Source: a virus
Taxonomy: Duplodnaviria > Caudoviricetes
DNA length: 44,126 bases
Reading direction: 5' to 3' (one strand)
Virus record (IMG/VR): IMGVR_UViG_3300033475_000057
Coordinates: 1 to 44,126 of that record
The number at the start of each line of letters is the position of its first letter. Position 1 is the first letter of the stretch. The position numbers were made by a program, and so were the translations under genes. This document shows, one piece after another, positions 8,170 to 16,833 of the stretch. The notes under the pieces are model-generated. The model ran no database searches, was not told where the DNA came from, and saw nothing but the letters and a program-made list of their open reading frames with translations.

Positions 8170-8197
8170 TTGCGTTTTTCGCATCAAAGTTTAGAAT
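8170..8197 (+). promoter_or_regulatory. Promoter with overlapping operator
   Basis: TTGCGT-16 nt-TAGAAT; palindrome gttgcgtttttcgcatc at 8169-8185. Confidence 0.55.
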
Positions 8198-8231
8198 AGA
8201 ACTGTGCTTGATTAATACCGAAAGGGATATT

Positions 8232-8477
8232 GTGAGAGACATCCATACCACTACGGCCACCGTTAAAAACGGCCGCAATCCGATTTATTTCGACGTGCAA
8301 TATTTCATCAACGAGGACGATGAGGTCGAGCTCGACGCCGTGGCTGTGTGCGACGGATGTGGCGACGATATCGCAGCGCTGCTGAAGCAGGAAGTGTGCG
8401 ATGAACTCTGTCGACAGATCACCGCAGAATTGAAGAAGCGGGCCGATAGCGATTTCAGTCTGGGGCTGCCGTTATGA
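8232..8477 (+). CDS. Acidic hypothetical protein
   Basis: GTG at 8232 after AAAGGGA; coupled to the next ORF. Confidence 0.65.
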   Translation: MRDIHTTTATVKNGRNPIYFDVQYFINEDDEVELDAVAVCDGCGDDIAALLKQEVCDELCRQITAELKKRADSDFSLGLPL

Positions 8478-8812
8478 TCCAGCGCGAATACCACTGGCGC
8501 GACAGTATGCGCCTCAGAGCGGGCCTGCTTTGGCGATCTGACTATCCAACACCACGCGATTATCCGGCGGCAATGCAATGCACCCTGCTCCTCCTGCTAG
8601 TTTTCATCCTGTGGGCATGGGCAATGGAACGCGATTTCGCCGAGCAGCAACGGTATGAGGCTGATCGCCAGGCCGCCATTGCAGAGCGCCGTGCCAACGA
8701 ACTCGGTGAGTGCGTGCAGGGAAGCCTGAAACTGTCATTCGAGAACGAGTCCGACCGTGGTTATAGCAAAACCGTCATCCGTTGCATGCCGGCCGAGCAA
8801 TTCGACTACTGA
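8474..8812 (+). CDS. Hypothetical membrane-anchored protein
   Basis: Hydrophobic segment LLLLLVFILWAWAM followed by a coiled coil. Confidence 0.7.
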   Translation: MIQREYHWRDSMRLRAGLLWRSDYPTPRDYPAAMQCTLLLLLVFILWAWAMERDFAEQQRYEADRQAAIAERRANELGECVQGSLKLSFENESDRGYSKTVIRCMPAEQFDY

Positions 8813-8816
8813 GGAT

Positions 8817-8963
8817 ATGAGCATGACACCTGAAATGGAGCAGCGGCGCAAAGCGTTTGCCTACTCATGGAACGATATGCGGCGCTTTGCACTGGTAGCA
8901 GCTTTCTTCGCAGCGCACGTCGGCATAATTGTCGGCTACGCACTGGCGAAGATTTTTGGATAA
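8817..8963 (+). CDS. Small membrane protein (48 aa)
   Basis: GAGG RBS; C-terminal hydrophobic FALVAAFFAAHVGIIVGYALA. Confidence 0.6.
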   Translation: MSMTPEMEQRRKAFAYSWNDMRRFALVAAFFAAHVGIIVGYALAKIFG

Positions 8964-8994
8964 CTGAGCGCGAAAGCGCAAGCAAAGGAGAATT

Positions 8995-9954
8995 GTGAAC
9001 TACTTGGATAAAGTAACGGTGGCTGCGGCGGATAAGCTTTCGGCTGTCACCAAACAAAATGAGCAGCTTGCCATGGCTGTGGCTGAGTTGCAGGCAGAGA
9101 ACAATGAGCTGAAAGACAAGGTTGAACAGCTTGAACTTGATTCCAGAATCTGGCCTGAATGGGCTTTGAAATCGCTAAAGCTCATTCGCAAGCAGTCTGG
9201 CTACGACGGCTACGATGATCAATCTGATGGCGTCGACCTGCCGGAAGAACTTGGCGAAATGATCGATGAATTCAACTCGATCATCAAAAATCTGGAAGAT
9301 CGCTATCAGCGTGATGTTTTTGGACTAAACAACGAAGGCGACCCTATTGGCGGCGATCCTGCTGGTGGTTACGTCAATAACTTAAAGCTTGCACATGCAC
9401 AAGTCGCCGACCTCGAATCCCAACTCGCCATAGCAAACGAGAAGCTAGCTGGTGTGGGTGAGGCGGTTATTGTTATCGACAGCGTGCCAGATATGGGACA
9501 TTCAGGTGACTGTTCTGTTGTAGACAAGTTTTTCCCTGTTGGCACAAAGCTCTACACCACCCCTCAAGCATCGGCAGGAGTGAAGGTGCCGGAGGGCTAT
9601 GCGCTGGTGCCTAATTGGCATGGCTATGCGTTGCTGGGAACTGGCAACTACCTGTTGCATTACGCTCCACCACCCATTGACCCTGAGCTTGGCGCTGAAT
9701 TCGCAATCACACTCGCAAGCGACGAAGATCGCTCTGGAAATCGTCAGATTGGCGAGCTTCGAGACAGCACCAGGAAAGAGCCATACCAGCCTGAAGAAAT
9801 AGCAATCCGTATTGGATTCCTGACACCACAGGCGCTTGATGCGCTGGAAGAGCAACTTCGGATGCTGCGGGCCGACTATTGGCCTGAAACTGTCGCGCCC
9901 AAAGTATCCACCCCACTAGCGCAGCCTGCCGATAGCGAGGAGGGGAAATCGTGA
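8995..9954 (+). CDS. Mosaic coiled-coil accessory protein (Ea22/Ead-like architecture)
   Basis: AAAGGAG RBS; coiled coils plus the linker motifs GTKLYTTP and VPEGYALVP typical of lambdoid accessory proteins. Confidence 0.65.
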   Translation: MNYLDKVTVAAADKLSAVTKQNEQLAMAVAELQAENNELKDKVEQLELDSRIWPEWALKSLKLIRKQSGYDGYDDQSDGVDLPEELGEMIDEFNSIIKNLEDRYQRDVFGLNNEGDPIGGDPAGGYVNNLKLAHAQVADLESQLAIANEKLAGVGEAVIVIDSVPDMGHSGDCSVVDKFFPVGTKLYTTPQASAGVKVPEGYALVPNWHGYALLGTGNYLLHYAPPPIDPELGAEFAITLASDEDRSGNRQIGELRDSTRKEPYQPEEIAIRIGFLTPQALDALEEQLRMLRADYWPETVAPKVSTPLAQPADSEEGKS

Positions 9955-10169
9955 GCGAGTTCTGTCAGTACTCCAATGAGCATGAGCCAGAAACAACGTG
10001 CAAACACTGCGGTCTTGAGGTCGATAAGTACGGGAACACTGAAGGCGATTTTCGCAACTGTTGCTATCCAGATTGTGGGTGTGATGGGGCGCGACTTTGC
10101 ATGGCTCCAAGTGGGGCAAACAGCACATCCTACTTTATGAATTTCGAGTCTGGGAGCTTTGACAAATGA
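9951..10169 (+). CDS. Cys-rich hypothetical protein
   Basis: CKHC, CCYPDCGC; GTGA overlap with the upstream gene. Confidence 0.65.
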   Translation: MSEFCQYSNEHEPETTCKHCGLEVDKYGNTEGDFRNCCYPDCGCDGARLCMAPSGANSTSYFMNFESGSFDK

Positions 10170-10678
10170 CCTCACAATCTACCGTGGAACTGAAAGAGTG
10201 CCCGTTTTGTGGTGGCACTGAGATTTGTTTTGAGTATTCATCGCCACGCAATCAGTACTATTACTGCGGAAGATGTGGAGTAGCGACACCCGGCAGTGGG
10301 TCTCCAGAGCAAGCAGCATCTATCTGGAACCGCCGCGCCCATGCACAGGTAGCAGCAGGACTGACGGATGATGGTTTGCCACCTCTTCCGAAGCCATTGG
10401 CTGATGTTCAATGCAAAAACATCGAACGTGGAGTTGTGTTCACCTACTGGAAGAGTCCTGCTGTCTCGTATTTCAGTGCTGACCACATGCGCGCTTATGG
10501 CTTGAACTGCAAAGCGATGGCCGAACTTGCCTATACCGCAACCATCCACAGATTGAGACGCGAGCTAGAAGAAGTCCGCGCCATCGAGGCCAAGGTACAA
10601 GCTGATGCTCCGGTAGCTGAGCAATGGCAACCGCTTCCCGCGCCGCGGTCTGACAGCCTTGGTGCTGAGGAAGCATGA
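10166..10678 (+). CDS. Lar-family restriction-alleviation domain protein
   Basis: ELKECPFCGG...CGRCG...AASIWNRR signature. Confidence 0.8.
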   Translation: MTSQSTVELKECPFCGGTEICFEYSSPRNQYYYCGRCGVATPGSGSPEQAASIWNRRAHAQVAAGLTDDGLPPLPKPLADVQCKNIERGVVFTYWKSPAVSYFSADHMRAYGLNCKAMAELAYTATIHRLRRELEEVRAIEAKVQADAPVAEQWQPLPAPRSDSLGAEEA

Positions 10679-10905
10679 ACATTCTTCAATGCCAAAAGAA
10701 AGCACAAACGCTTCAATTCTGTGGCGCGACATTTGATCTTGTCGGTCCGGGTGGACGTATCAAATGCCGATGGCTCGATGCCTACATGGGCCTTTTCATA
10801 GGCGAAGGCGAGAAAGGATTTTGGCACGCCGATGATTTCGATGCGCCCGATATTCGCTGTGAAAACCTCACCGCCCGTTCTGCTGACAAGGTGGAGGGAG
10901 CATGA
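10675..10905 (+). CDS. Hypothetical protein
   Basis: ATGA-coupled ORF with RBS. Confidence 0.65.
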   Translation: MNILQCQKKAQTLQFCGATFDLVGPGGRIKCRWLDAYMGLFIGEGEKGFWHADDFDAPDIRCENLTARSADKVEGA

Positions 10906-11135
10906 GCGAAGAAAAGACGCCAGAGTCTGTGCTGCAAGAAGTAAAACAGGCAGTGCATGACTACATCAAGGCAACACAGGGGAAAGCGCCGCTTAGTTTG
11001 TATGTTGGATCGGAAGAACATGCAAAGCTGCGGCAGTTGAAGGACTTCTACAGCCATTGGGATTTTGAGCGTAAAACGTTTCTCGGCATGACCGTATTTG
11101 TGGTTCGTGAATTCAACCATCTGCGAGTTATTTAA
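10902..11135 (+). CDS. Hypothetical protein
   Basis: GGAGGGAG RBS; ATGA coupling. Confidence 0.7.
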   Translation: MSEEKTPESVLQEVKQAVHDYIKATQGKAPLSLYVGSEEHAKLRQLKDFYSHWDFERKTFLGMTVFVVREFNHLRVI

Positions 11136-11147
11136 GGACACTACCAA

Positions 11148-11615
11148 ATGACCAACACTGAACAGAGCCGCGAGGGGTTTGAGAAGTGGTGCCTGAATAA
11201 TGGCTACGACATCGCACGCGTTTATCGTTTGCCTGAAGATTACGCGAACTGTGCTACGGCTACTGAATGGCATCTATGGAATGACGCGTGGCAATCCCGC
11301 CAGCCCGAAATCGACGCGCTCAAGGCTGAGATTGCGCGGTTGACTGAACAGAACGCGCAGGCAACCGCAATGTGTCAAAGCTCGTTCGCACGTGATCAAG
11401 AGCGGCAGCTTGAACTTGCCAAGGTGCATGCTGACCTCGAATTTCTCCGCGCCACACCCACCGCACCGGCCGATATGGTTGAGGCATTGCGTGAAGCAGT
11501 CAACGGCATGGGTGGTAGCTATGCCGTATGGGCACCAAAAGCCGAAGCGGCCCTCTCACGCTACGAAGCAGCGCAGCAGGAACAGCGCACCACAGCTTCC
11601 GCCAATCAGTCATGA
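11148..11615 (+). CDS. Hypothetical accessory protein
   Basis: SREGFEKWC...WNDAWQSR motif common in phage accessory genes. Confidence 0.7.
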   Translation: MTNTEQSREGFEKWCLNNGYDIARVYRLPEDYANCATATEWHLWNDAWQSRQPEIDALKAEIARLTEQNAQATAMCQSSFARDQERQLELAKVHADLEFLRATPTAPADMVEALREAVNGMGGSYAVWAPKAEAALSRYEAAQQEQRTTASANQS

Positions 11616-11785
11616 AAAAATACACCATCGCCAGGCATGAGGATGGCGACCTCATGGACCGGCTCATCAGAATGCGTGATGCGAATCCGAATTACGCCGC
11701 TGTCGTGCAGGCCGCAATCGACCGCATCAAAGCCGATGCGCTGACCATTGATCATATGCGCCGGGCACCGCGGCACGCGCGTTAA
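11612..11785 (+). CDS. Hypothetical protein (57 aa)
   Basis: ATGA overlap with the upstream stop. Confidence 0.55.
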   Translation: MKKYTIARHEDGDLMDRLIRMRDANPNYAAVVQAAIDRIKADALTIDHMRRAPRHAR

Positions 11786-11797
11786 AATGCTTCCCCT

Positions 11798-11998
11798 ATG
11801 CAAACCACGAAAAACCAAATCGCCAGGCTGCTGCTGGATGGCGAGCGTATCACGCAATTTGAAGCCAGCAGCGCAGCGCAGTGCGACCACATAACGGCGC
11901 ATCGCATCCTCGAAAATTTTCACCGACGCGGCCTAGTGCAGATCACCGGGACACGCGGCGACGTGCCGGAATTTGGGTGGCGGCCGGTGGCGTTTTGA
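11798..11998 (+). CDS. Small HTH-like protein
   Basis: IARLLLDGERITQFEA...TAHRILENFHRRGLV suggests a winged helix. Confidence 0.55.
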   Translation: MQTTKNQIARLLLDGERITQFEASSAAQCDHITAHRILENFHRRGLVQITGTRGDVPEFGWRPVAF

Positions 11999-12143
11999 GC
12001 GCCCGTGTAAAGAAATTGCTACGGAGCGGAAATTCGTCAATGATTTCAATACGGCCTGTCCAGTCCATCATCGGACTAATTGCAAACCGAAACCAGCCGT
12101 AATTGTCTGATATTGCCACTGTTTCCCCTCTCTTTAGAACCAT
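11943..12143 (-). other. Replacement 5' end for host dusA, fused upon integration
   Basis: MVLKRGETVAISDNYGWFRFAISPMMDWTGR resembles the DusA N-terminus RFSVAPM(M/L)DWTDR; similarity ends at the core. Confidence 0.7.
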
Positions 12144-12221
12144 TCAAGCCGTAGCACTTGCCCCCGTTTCCCCCTCGGAAGCTCGAAAAACGCTAATCCT
12201 CAGTGCTACGAAATTGCTACG
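12013..12221. other. attP site, core homologous to the 5' end of dusA, with arm-type repeats
   Basis: Core gtccagtccatcatcgg (12058-12074) reads PMMDWT on the minus strand. TGCTACG repeats at 12013-12023, 12150-12159 (inverted), 12201-12210 and 12211-12221. Confidence 0.8.
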
Positions 12222-12300
12222 AGAAACAGCACGATTGCAGGACAGCAAAGGATGCAATTTTCGTTGCAGTCTCATCCGCGAATTTTCCTTTCCGAGTAGG

Positions 12301-12329
12301 TTGCATGTTGCTTTAAATGCAACTACAAT
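12301..12329 (+). promoter_or_regulatory. Promoter with operator as spacer (cassette 1)
   Basis: TTGCAT-gttgctttaaatgcaac(17)-TACAAT, then AAAGGAG RBS. Confidence 0.8.
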
Positions 12330-12360
12330 GTGTGTGTGACGTTTACGTAAAGGAGAAGAG

Positions 12361-12654
12361 ATGTCTTGCACCTGCCTTACCGATTTGCCGCGAAAGGTCG
12401 CCGAGCGCCTTGGCACCGACGCAAAATTTCCTGGCCCGATTAAATCGGTCGAATTCGATAGCCTGTCATGGGTCATTGAGGACAACAGTGTCACGCGCAT
12501 GGTCCTGTCAAACCAGATGACTATAAAGTACGAGTACACCGCAAAGAGCGGCGCTGTCAGCATCAAGAAACTGAAGCGCAGCATGATGCCGTCGTTCTGC
12601 CCGTTCTGCGGCGAGAAGCTAACGCCGGGCACCGATGAAGGCGGTGCAGCATGA
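12361..12654 (+). CDS. Zinc-binding hypothetical protein
   Basis: MSCTC...FCPFCGEKL. Confidence 0.75.
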   Translation: MSCTCLTDLPRKVAERLGTDAKFPGPIKSVEFDSLSWVIEDNSVTRMVLSNQMTIKYEYTAKSGAVSIKKLKRSMMPSFCPFCGEKLTPGTDEGGAA

Positions 12655-13181
12655 GCGCGCATACGCCGGGGCCGTGGCATGTCGAACCAGGTGGCGATAA
12701 CATCATCCGCGGGCCGAATGGCGAGTGTGTTTGCGCCGATGGCTCTGGCGCTTTTATCGCGATAGTCAACGACGAGGATGCCCGCCGCATCGTCACCTGC
12801 GTGAATGCCTGCGAAGGTATCCTGACAGAAGCGCTCGAGGCAGAACCGGGGCAGAGGCTGGTCAAGTATCTATCAGACCGCAAGGCCAACCATCTGGTAG
12901 CGAGCTTAGAGATCGGAAAACTGACGGCGCAGCGCGACGCACTGCTCGCGGCTTTAAAGCTGATCCGCAATGGCAGTGTGCAACCAGCGACGGTCGCGGC
13001 CTTCGCTGCCGATATCCTCTCCAAAGCCACCGGACCCGATACGCAATTCACCACCAGCTATCGCTCCGGCGTCGTCTGCCCGCGATGCAATACCACATTG
13101 CATCCGGCAGATTTTAAGACAGCGACTTGCGACAGATGCGGCTATCCAGCAGACACGCCGACCACCGGGAGCGAGGGATGA
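12651..13181 (+). CDS. HTPGPW-motif accessory protein with C-terminal zinc ribbon
   Basis: MSAHTPGPW...DARRIVTCVNACEG...CPRC...CDRCG. Confidence 0.75.
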   Translation: MSAHTPGPWHVEPGGDNIIRGPNGECVCADGSGAFIAIVNDEDARRIVTCVNACEGILTEALEAEPGQRLVKYLSDRKANHLVASLEIGKLTAQRDALLAALKLIRNGSVQPATVAAFAADILSKATGPDTQFTTSYRSGVVCPRCNTTLHPADFKTATCDRCGYPADTPTTGSEG

Positions 13182-13537
13182 GCTACTGCGTCTGCGATTA
13201 CGACTCGCCGAAGTTCTACGTCAAGACAAGCCGCAAGGCACGCAAGGTTCATCGATGCAGTGAATGTGGTTGCCATATTCAGCCTGGAGAGCAGTACGAG
13301 CACGTCAGCGGTATGTGGGACTACGTTGATACGTTCAAGACATGCCAACGCTGCATTTCCTTGCGTGACTGGGTGGCGGCGCATGTCCCATGCTTTTGTT
13401 GGGCCCATGGCAACATCCGCGAGGACGCTATCGAAACTGCCCGCCATTGGGCACATGAAGCGCCAGGAATGCTGTTCGGCACATGGAGGCGCGAGGTTGC
13501 AATCCAACGGCACCGGAAAGCTACGCGTCCAACCTAA
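13178..13537 (+). CDS. Zinc-binding phage protein
   Basis: RKARKVHRCSECGCHIQPGEQYE...KTCQRC, a widespread phage motif. Confidence 0.75.
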   Translation: MSYCVCDYDSPKFYVKTSRKARKVHRCSECGCHIQPGEQYEHVSGMWDYVDTFKTCQRCISLRDWVAAHVPCFCWAHGNIREDAIETARHWAHEAPGMLFGTWRREVAIQRHRKATRPT

Positions 13538-13615
13538 TCTCCCCGATTCAGCACCGGACAAACCGCGTTGAAAGGGCTGGGGAATTTTGATTAAGAGCGC
13601 AATTTGTTGATCAGG

Positions 13616-13644
13616 TTGCATGTTGGTATTTTTGCAACTATAAT
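13616..13644 (+). promoter_or_regulatory. Promoter with operator as spacer (cassette 2)
   Basis: TTGCAT-gttggtatttttgcaac(17)-TATAAT, then AAAAGGAG RBS. Confidence 0.85.
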
Positions 13645-13675
13645 GGGTACGTGATTAACGAAAAGGAGATTTGAA

Positions 13676-13855
13676 ATGGAAATCATTGTGGCCCTTAAGG
13701 ATCAATACGGCGTCCAGACCATCGTTCCAGTTTGTGAGAAGGCCCAGCTGTTTGCCGAGCTCGCCGGGACCAAGACGCTGACCAAGCAGTCTGTCGAAAA
13801 GATCAAGGCCCTTGGCTATGCGGTGCAGGTAAAGCAGCCAGAGGTAGTGCTTTGA
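13676..13855 (+). CDS. Hypothetical protein (59 aa; not in ORF track)
   Basis: MEIIVALKDQYGVQTIVPVCEKAQLFAELAGTKTLTKQSVEKIKALGYAVQVKQPEVVL; strong RBS. Confidence 0.8.
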   Translation: MEIIVALKDQYGVQTIVPVCEKAQLFAELAGTKTLTKQSVEKIKALGYAVQVKQPEVVL

Positions 13856-14178
13856 GCGCCGGTCACACGCCAGGCCCCTGGCGTGCAGAGTACAGATGGT
13901 GGCCCGGTGGCGGAACGGTTTATCGTGATGATGGCTGCTTTTCGATCCTCGACAACAACGGCAATGTGGTTTGTAGCCGTACCCCTTGGGCAGAGCGAGC
14001 TGATGAGTTAAGGGCCAATGCTCAGCTAATCTCCGCTGCGCCAGAGCTATTTATGGCCCTGAGTGAATGCGTTTTGTTCGTCGAGGAATATTGGCGAAGC
14101 ATGGGGCTTGAGCCCAATAGCTGCCCGGCCATTGTCCAGACGCATGCCATCCTCACCAAGGCAAGGGGCGAAGAATGA
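13852..14178 (+). CDS. Second HTPGPW-motif accessory protein
   Basis: GHTPGPW...ANAQLISAAPEL...AILTKARGE. Confidence 0.75.
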   Translation: MSAGHTPGPWRAEYRWWPGGGTVYRDDGCFSILDNNGNVVCSRTPWAERADELRANAQLISAAPELFMALSECVLFVEEYWRSMGLEPNSCPAIVQTHAILTKARGEE

Positions 14179-14621
14179 CGACTGCGCAATCTCGCCTCGA
14201 CTGGCTTGAGGAAATCAACACTCTGCACCGCAGCGTTGAATTCCTCTATGAGGTCGATGGCTACCAAGTAACCATTGTATGGGACGGCGAGCCAATCTCC
14301 CCCGACTTCCACGGCGCAACGCTCGAGCAGGCAATCGATGCAGCCATTGCCGGCTTCGACATGGAGGCCTCGCCTAAGTGGCGGCACAGAGTTCAACCGC
14401 TGACGCTGAGAGAGCAGCACGCCGCACTCCTGTCCGCCCTGCAGGAATTGACCGCGCACTACACCGAGCCGACCGGTATCCAGACGGCGCAGATCCTCGA
14501 CAATGAGCAGTTCGGTGAATTCCTGAAGAAGCTGGATCGCAAGCGCGACAAGGTGCTGGCGAAGGCACAGGCGGCAATCGCCGCTGCTACCAGCTTCCCC
14601 CGTCAGCCCGATTTAACCTGA
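14175..14621 (+). CDS. Hypothetical protein
   Basis: SRLDWLE...TLEQAIDAAI motif; ATGA coupling. Confidence 0.7.
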   Translation: MTTAQSRLDWLEEINTLHRSVEFLYEVDGYQVTIVWDGEPISPDFHGATLEQAIDAAIAGFDMEASPKWRHRVQPLTLREQHAALLSALQELTAHYTEPTGIQTAQILDNEQFGEFLKKLDRKRDKVLAKAQAAIAAATSFPRQPDLT

Positions 14622-14709
14622 TGTAACAGCCCTATCTGTCCAAACCGCGATAGTGCCCTTGACCGCCGCCGCAGTATACGTGAGCGTCCGAAACCTTCCG
14701 GAGCTCGCC

Positions 14710-15711
14710 ATGGCGTCCATCATTCGCGTCAATGACAAATGGCGGGCGCAGATCCGCCGCCGCGGCATGCCGATCAAAACGGCGAGCTTCCCGACCAAAG
14801 CCCTCGCCACACAATGGGCCCGGGCCATCGAGGCCGAAATTGACGCCGGCCGCATCCTGGCCGTCACGCAGAAATCGTCTATCACCATCGGCCAGCTGGT
14901 GCGCCGCTATGTCGATGAGATCGGCGACGTAAAACCGTTCGGGCGCAACAAGGACGACGTGCTCAAACGGATCTGGAAATTTTTAGACACCGAGAACGCC
15001 GCCGACCTGACAGCTGAGCGCATCGTCGAATATATTTTGGAGGATCGCGGCATCAGCGGCGTGACCGCCTCTATCGACCTGACCTATCTGAAAGGCGTCC
15101 TGAAGATCGCCAGGGCGCTGTGGCGTGAGCCGGTATCGCCAGCCGTGGTCGATGATGCCCGCGAGATCCTGCGCTATATGGGCCAGCTCGAGCGCTCGAA
15201 TATGCGCGACCGCCGGCCGACCACTGAGGAAATCGAAGGGATCAAAAACTGGTGCCGGCGCTCCGACAGCCTGACGCCGGATATTATTGATTTCATCCTG
15301 GCATCGTGCTTCCGGCCGCCTTCAGAAATCGTGCGCCTGCGCTGGCAGGATATCGACCATGCCGACCGGACGATTGTCATCCATGACCGCAAGGATCCGC
15401 GCCGGAAGATCGGCAATCATCAGATCGTGCCGCTGCTCAATGGCAGCTATGACATCGTGATGCGGCAGCCGCAGCGCGCCCCTGAGATATTCCCGGCGAA
15501 CGGCGATACATGGAGCAATCTGTTCCCGAGGGCCTGCCGGGATCTTGGGATCAAGGATCTGACGCTGTATGATTTGCGCCACCTCGCGATCACGCGCCTG
15601 GTCGAATCAAGGAAATATTCGATCCCTGAAATGATGCTCGTAACGGGCCATAAAGATCCCCGACAACTCATGCGTTACACGCACATCCAAGCCCGCGACC
15701 TGCATCGCTGA
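14710..15711 (+). CDS. int: Tyrosine integrase, dusA-associated/Rci-related type
   Basis: N-terminal arm-binding WRAQIRRRG...FPTKALATQWA. Catalytic residues: FRPPSEI (R), YDLRH, VTGHKD, LMRYTH (Y). Confidence 0.92.
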   Translation: MASIIRVNDKWRAQIRRRGMPIKTASFPTKALATQWARAIEAEIDAGRILAVTQKSSITIGQLVRRYVDEIGDVKPFGRNKDDVLKRIWKFLDTENAADLTAERIVEYILEDRGISGVTASIDLTYLKGVLKIARALWREPVSPAVVDDAREILRYMGQLERSNMRDRRPTTEEIEGIKNWCRRSDSLTPDIIDFILASCFRPPSEIVRLRWQDIDHADRTIVIHDRKDPRRKIGNHQIVPLLNGSYDIVMRQPQRAPEIFPANGDTWSNLFPRACRDLGIKDLTLYDLRHLAITRLVESRKYSIPEMMLVTGHKDPRQLMRYTHIQARDLHR

Positions 15712-16311
15712 TCACTCGTAGAGAATATTCACGCTGCCTGCGTCGAAGGTATCGGTGCCATTGGTTGTCGTAATCCGCACGCGGTCGAGGACGGCACCAA
15801 GCGTCACATCGCCGCCGCCATGCGCCGCCAGGATCGTGGAAATCTTGCCGGCATGGGACGACACCCAGACATTGCCGCCCATATGCGTAAGCAGCATGTG
15901 GCCACTGACGATTTCAGTCGCGACCTGATTGTTGATCGGGAAGCCAGCGGTTGAGGCTGTCCCCGATGTCGTGCTGGTCATGTTGATGCGCATGCCAATC
16001 GCGTTATAGCCAGAAGCGACAACGCCACCGGACGTGCCCAGCTGCACCAGAAGGCTCGCCGTGCCGCTCAGACTGACACCGTTGAACATGATGGTGATGC
16101 GCTTGGCCGTGGCGGGGATACCGGTGAAATCCTTCGATGTTCCGCTGGTCGTGGCCTGCGCAGTGCCAAGCGTGACAGCCGCGGCGATAGCAGCGTTTCG
16201 TGCCACTACCTCAGCAGCATCTGCATTGATGCGCGCCGTGACTTCAGCATCGAGTTCAGCCTGAATTGCTACATCCGGGTCAAGCATTGCTGCTGGTACG
16301 GTCTGCGTCAT
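15712..16311 (-). CDS. Short tail-fibre-tip paralog (putative receptor-binding domain)
   Basis: The C-terminal ~150 aa aligns with the tip of the 18921-20375 tail fibre, ending GTDTFDAGS(V/I)NILYE. Confidence 0.75.
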   Translation of the reverse strand: MTQTVPAAMLDPDVAIQAELDAEVTARINADAAEVVARNAAIAAAVTLGTAQATTSGTSKDFTGIPATAKRITIMFNGVSLSGTASLLVQLGTSGGVVASGYNAIGMRINMTSTTSGTASTAGFPINNQVATEIVSGHMLLTHMGGNVWVSSHAGKISTILAAHGGGDVTLGAVLDRVRITTTNGTDTFDAGSVNILYE

Positions 16312-16323
16312 ACGCCTCCCTTG

Positions 16324-16833
16324 CTAGTGGTTGGTTAGCGAGTCGTGGATACGCTCGCAGGTAAGCCCGGCGACGCGGCTTTCGTCAGCGAATCGAGCAA
16401 TTCTGTCCGTAGCTTCGTCAAGCCGTCGCTGCACGTCGGCGAGCACTCGTTCGGAGGCGTCGGCTGACGTGCTTGCTGTGGCAGTGGCGTCACTCTGGCA
16501 GGTTCGTAAACCAGCGACGGCGGCGGATTGTGCGTCGCGCAGCCGGCGACCAACAGAGGCAGCAGCATCGTTTGCAGCAGACACTTTGGCGCGTAGTTCA
16601 GCAGCTTCATCGGTTGCCTTCCTTTCTTCATCCTGGCGGCGGTTCTCAGTTGCTCGCTCGCGCTGGTTTGCTTCCGTCAATTCGGCCTGAAGCTTGCTTT
16701 TCTCGTCAGCCCAATCCTTGCGCACAGCCGCTGTATCAGCCTTGGCATTCGAGAGGCGCACAGTCTGAACGCCAATCGCTCCAAGCAGTGCGACCAAGAT
16801 GATTCCAGCTGCGATCAGCATCGTCTGGTTCAT
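16324..16833 (-). CDS. Rz-like inner-membrane spanin
   Basis: N-terminal TM (LIAAGIILVALLGAIGV), coiled coil and C-terminal AGLTCERIHD; directly after the endolysin. Confidence 0.85.
   Translation of the reverse strand: MNQTMLIAAGIILVALLGAIGVQTVRLSNAKADTAAVRKDWADEKSKLQAELTEANQRERATENRRQDEERKATDEAAELRAKVSAANDAAASVGRRLRDAQSAAVAGLRTCQSDATATASTSADASERVLADVQRRLDEATDRIARFADESRVAGLTCERIHDSLTNH
16335..16610 (-). CDS. Rz1-like outer-membrane lipoprotein spanin embedded in Rz
   Basis: Lipobox LVAG-C followed by a Pro-rich segment, in an alternate frame within Rz. Exact start uncertain. Confidence 0.7.
   Translation of the reverse strand: MKLLNYAPKCLLQTMLLPLLVAGCATHNPPPSLVYEPARVTPLPQQARQPTPPNECSPTCSDGLTKLRTELLDSLTKAASPGLPASVSTTR

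Noticed and set aside
14622-14709. attP immediately upstream of the integrase
   Set aside because: No arm-type repeats or host-gene homology are visible here, whereas 12013-12221 has both.
14710-16311. Shufflon or invertible tail-fibre system driven by the adjacent Rci-like recombinase
   Set aside because: Both tip copies are in the same orientation and I saw no inverted crossover repeats. The recombinase is better explained by the dusA-type attP.
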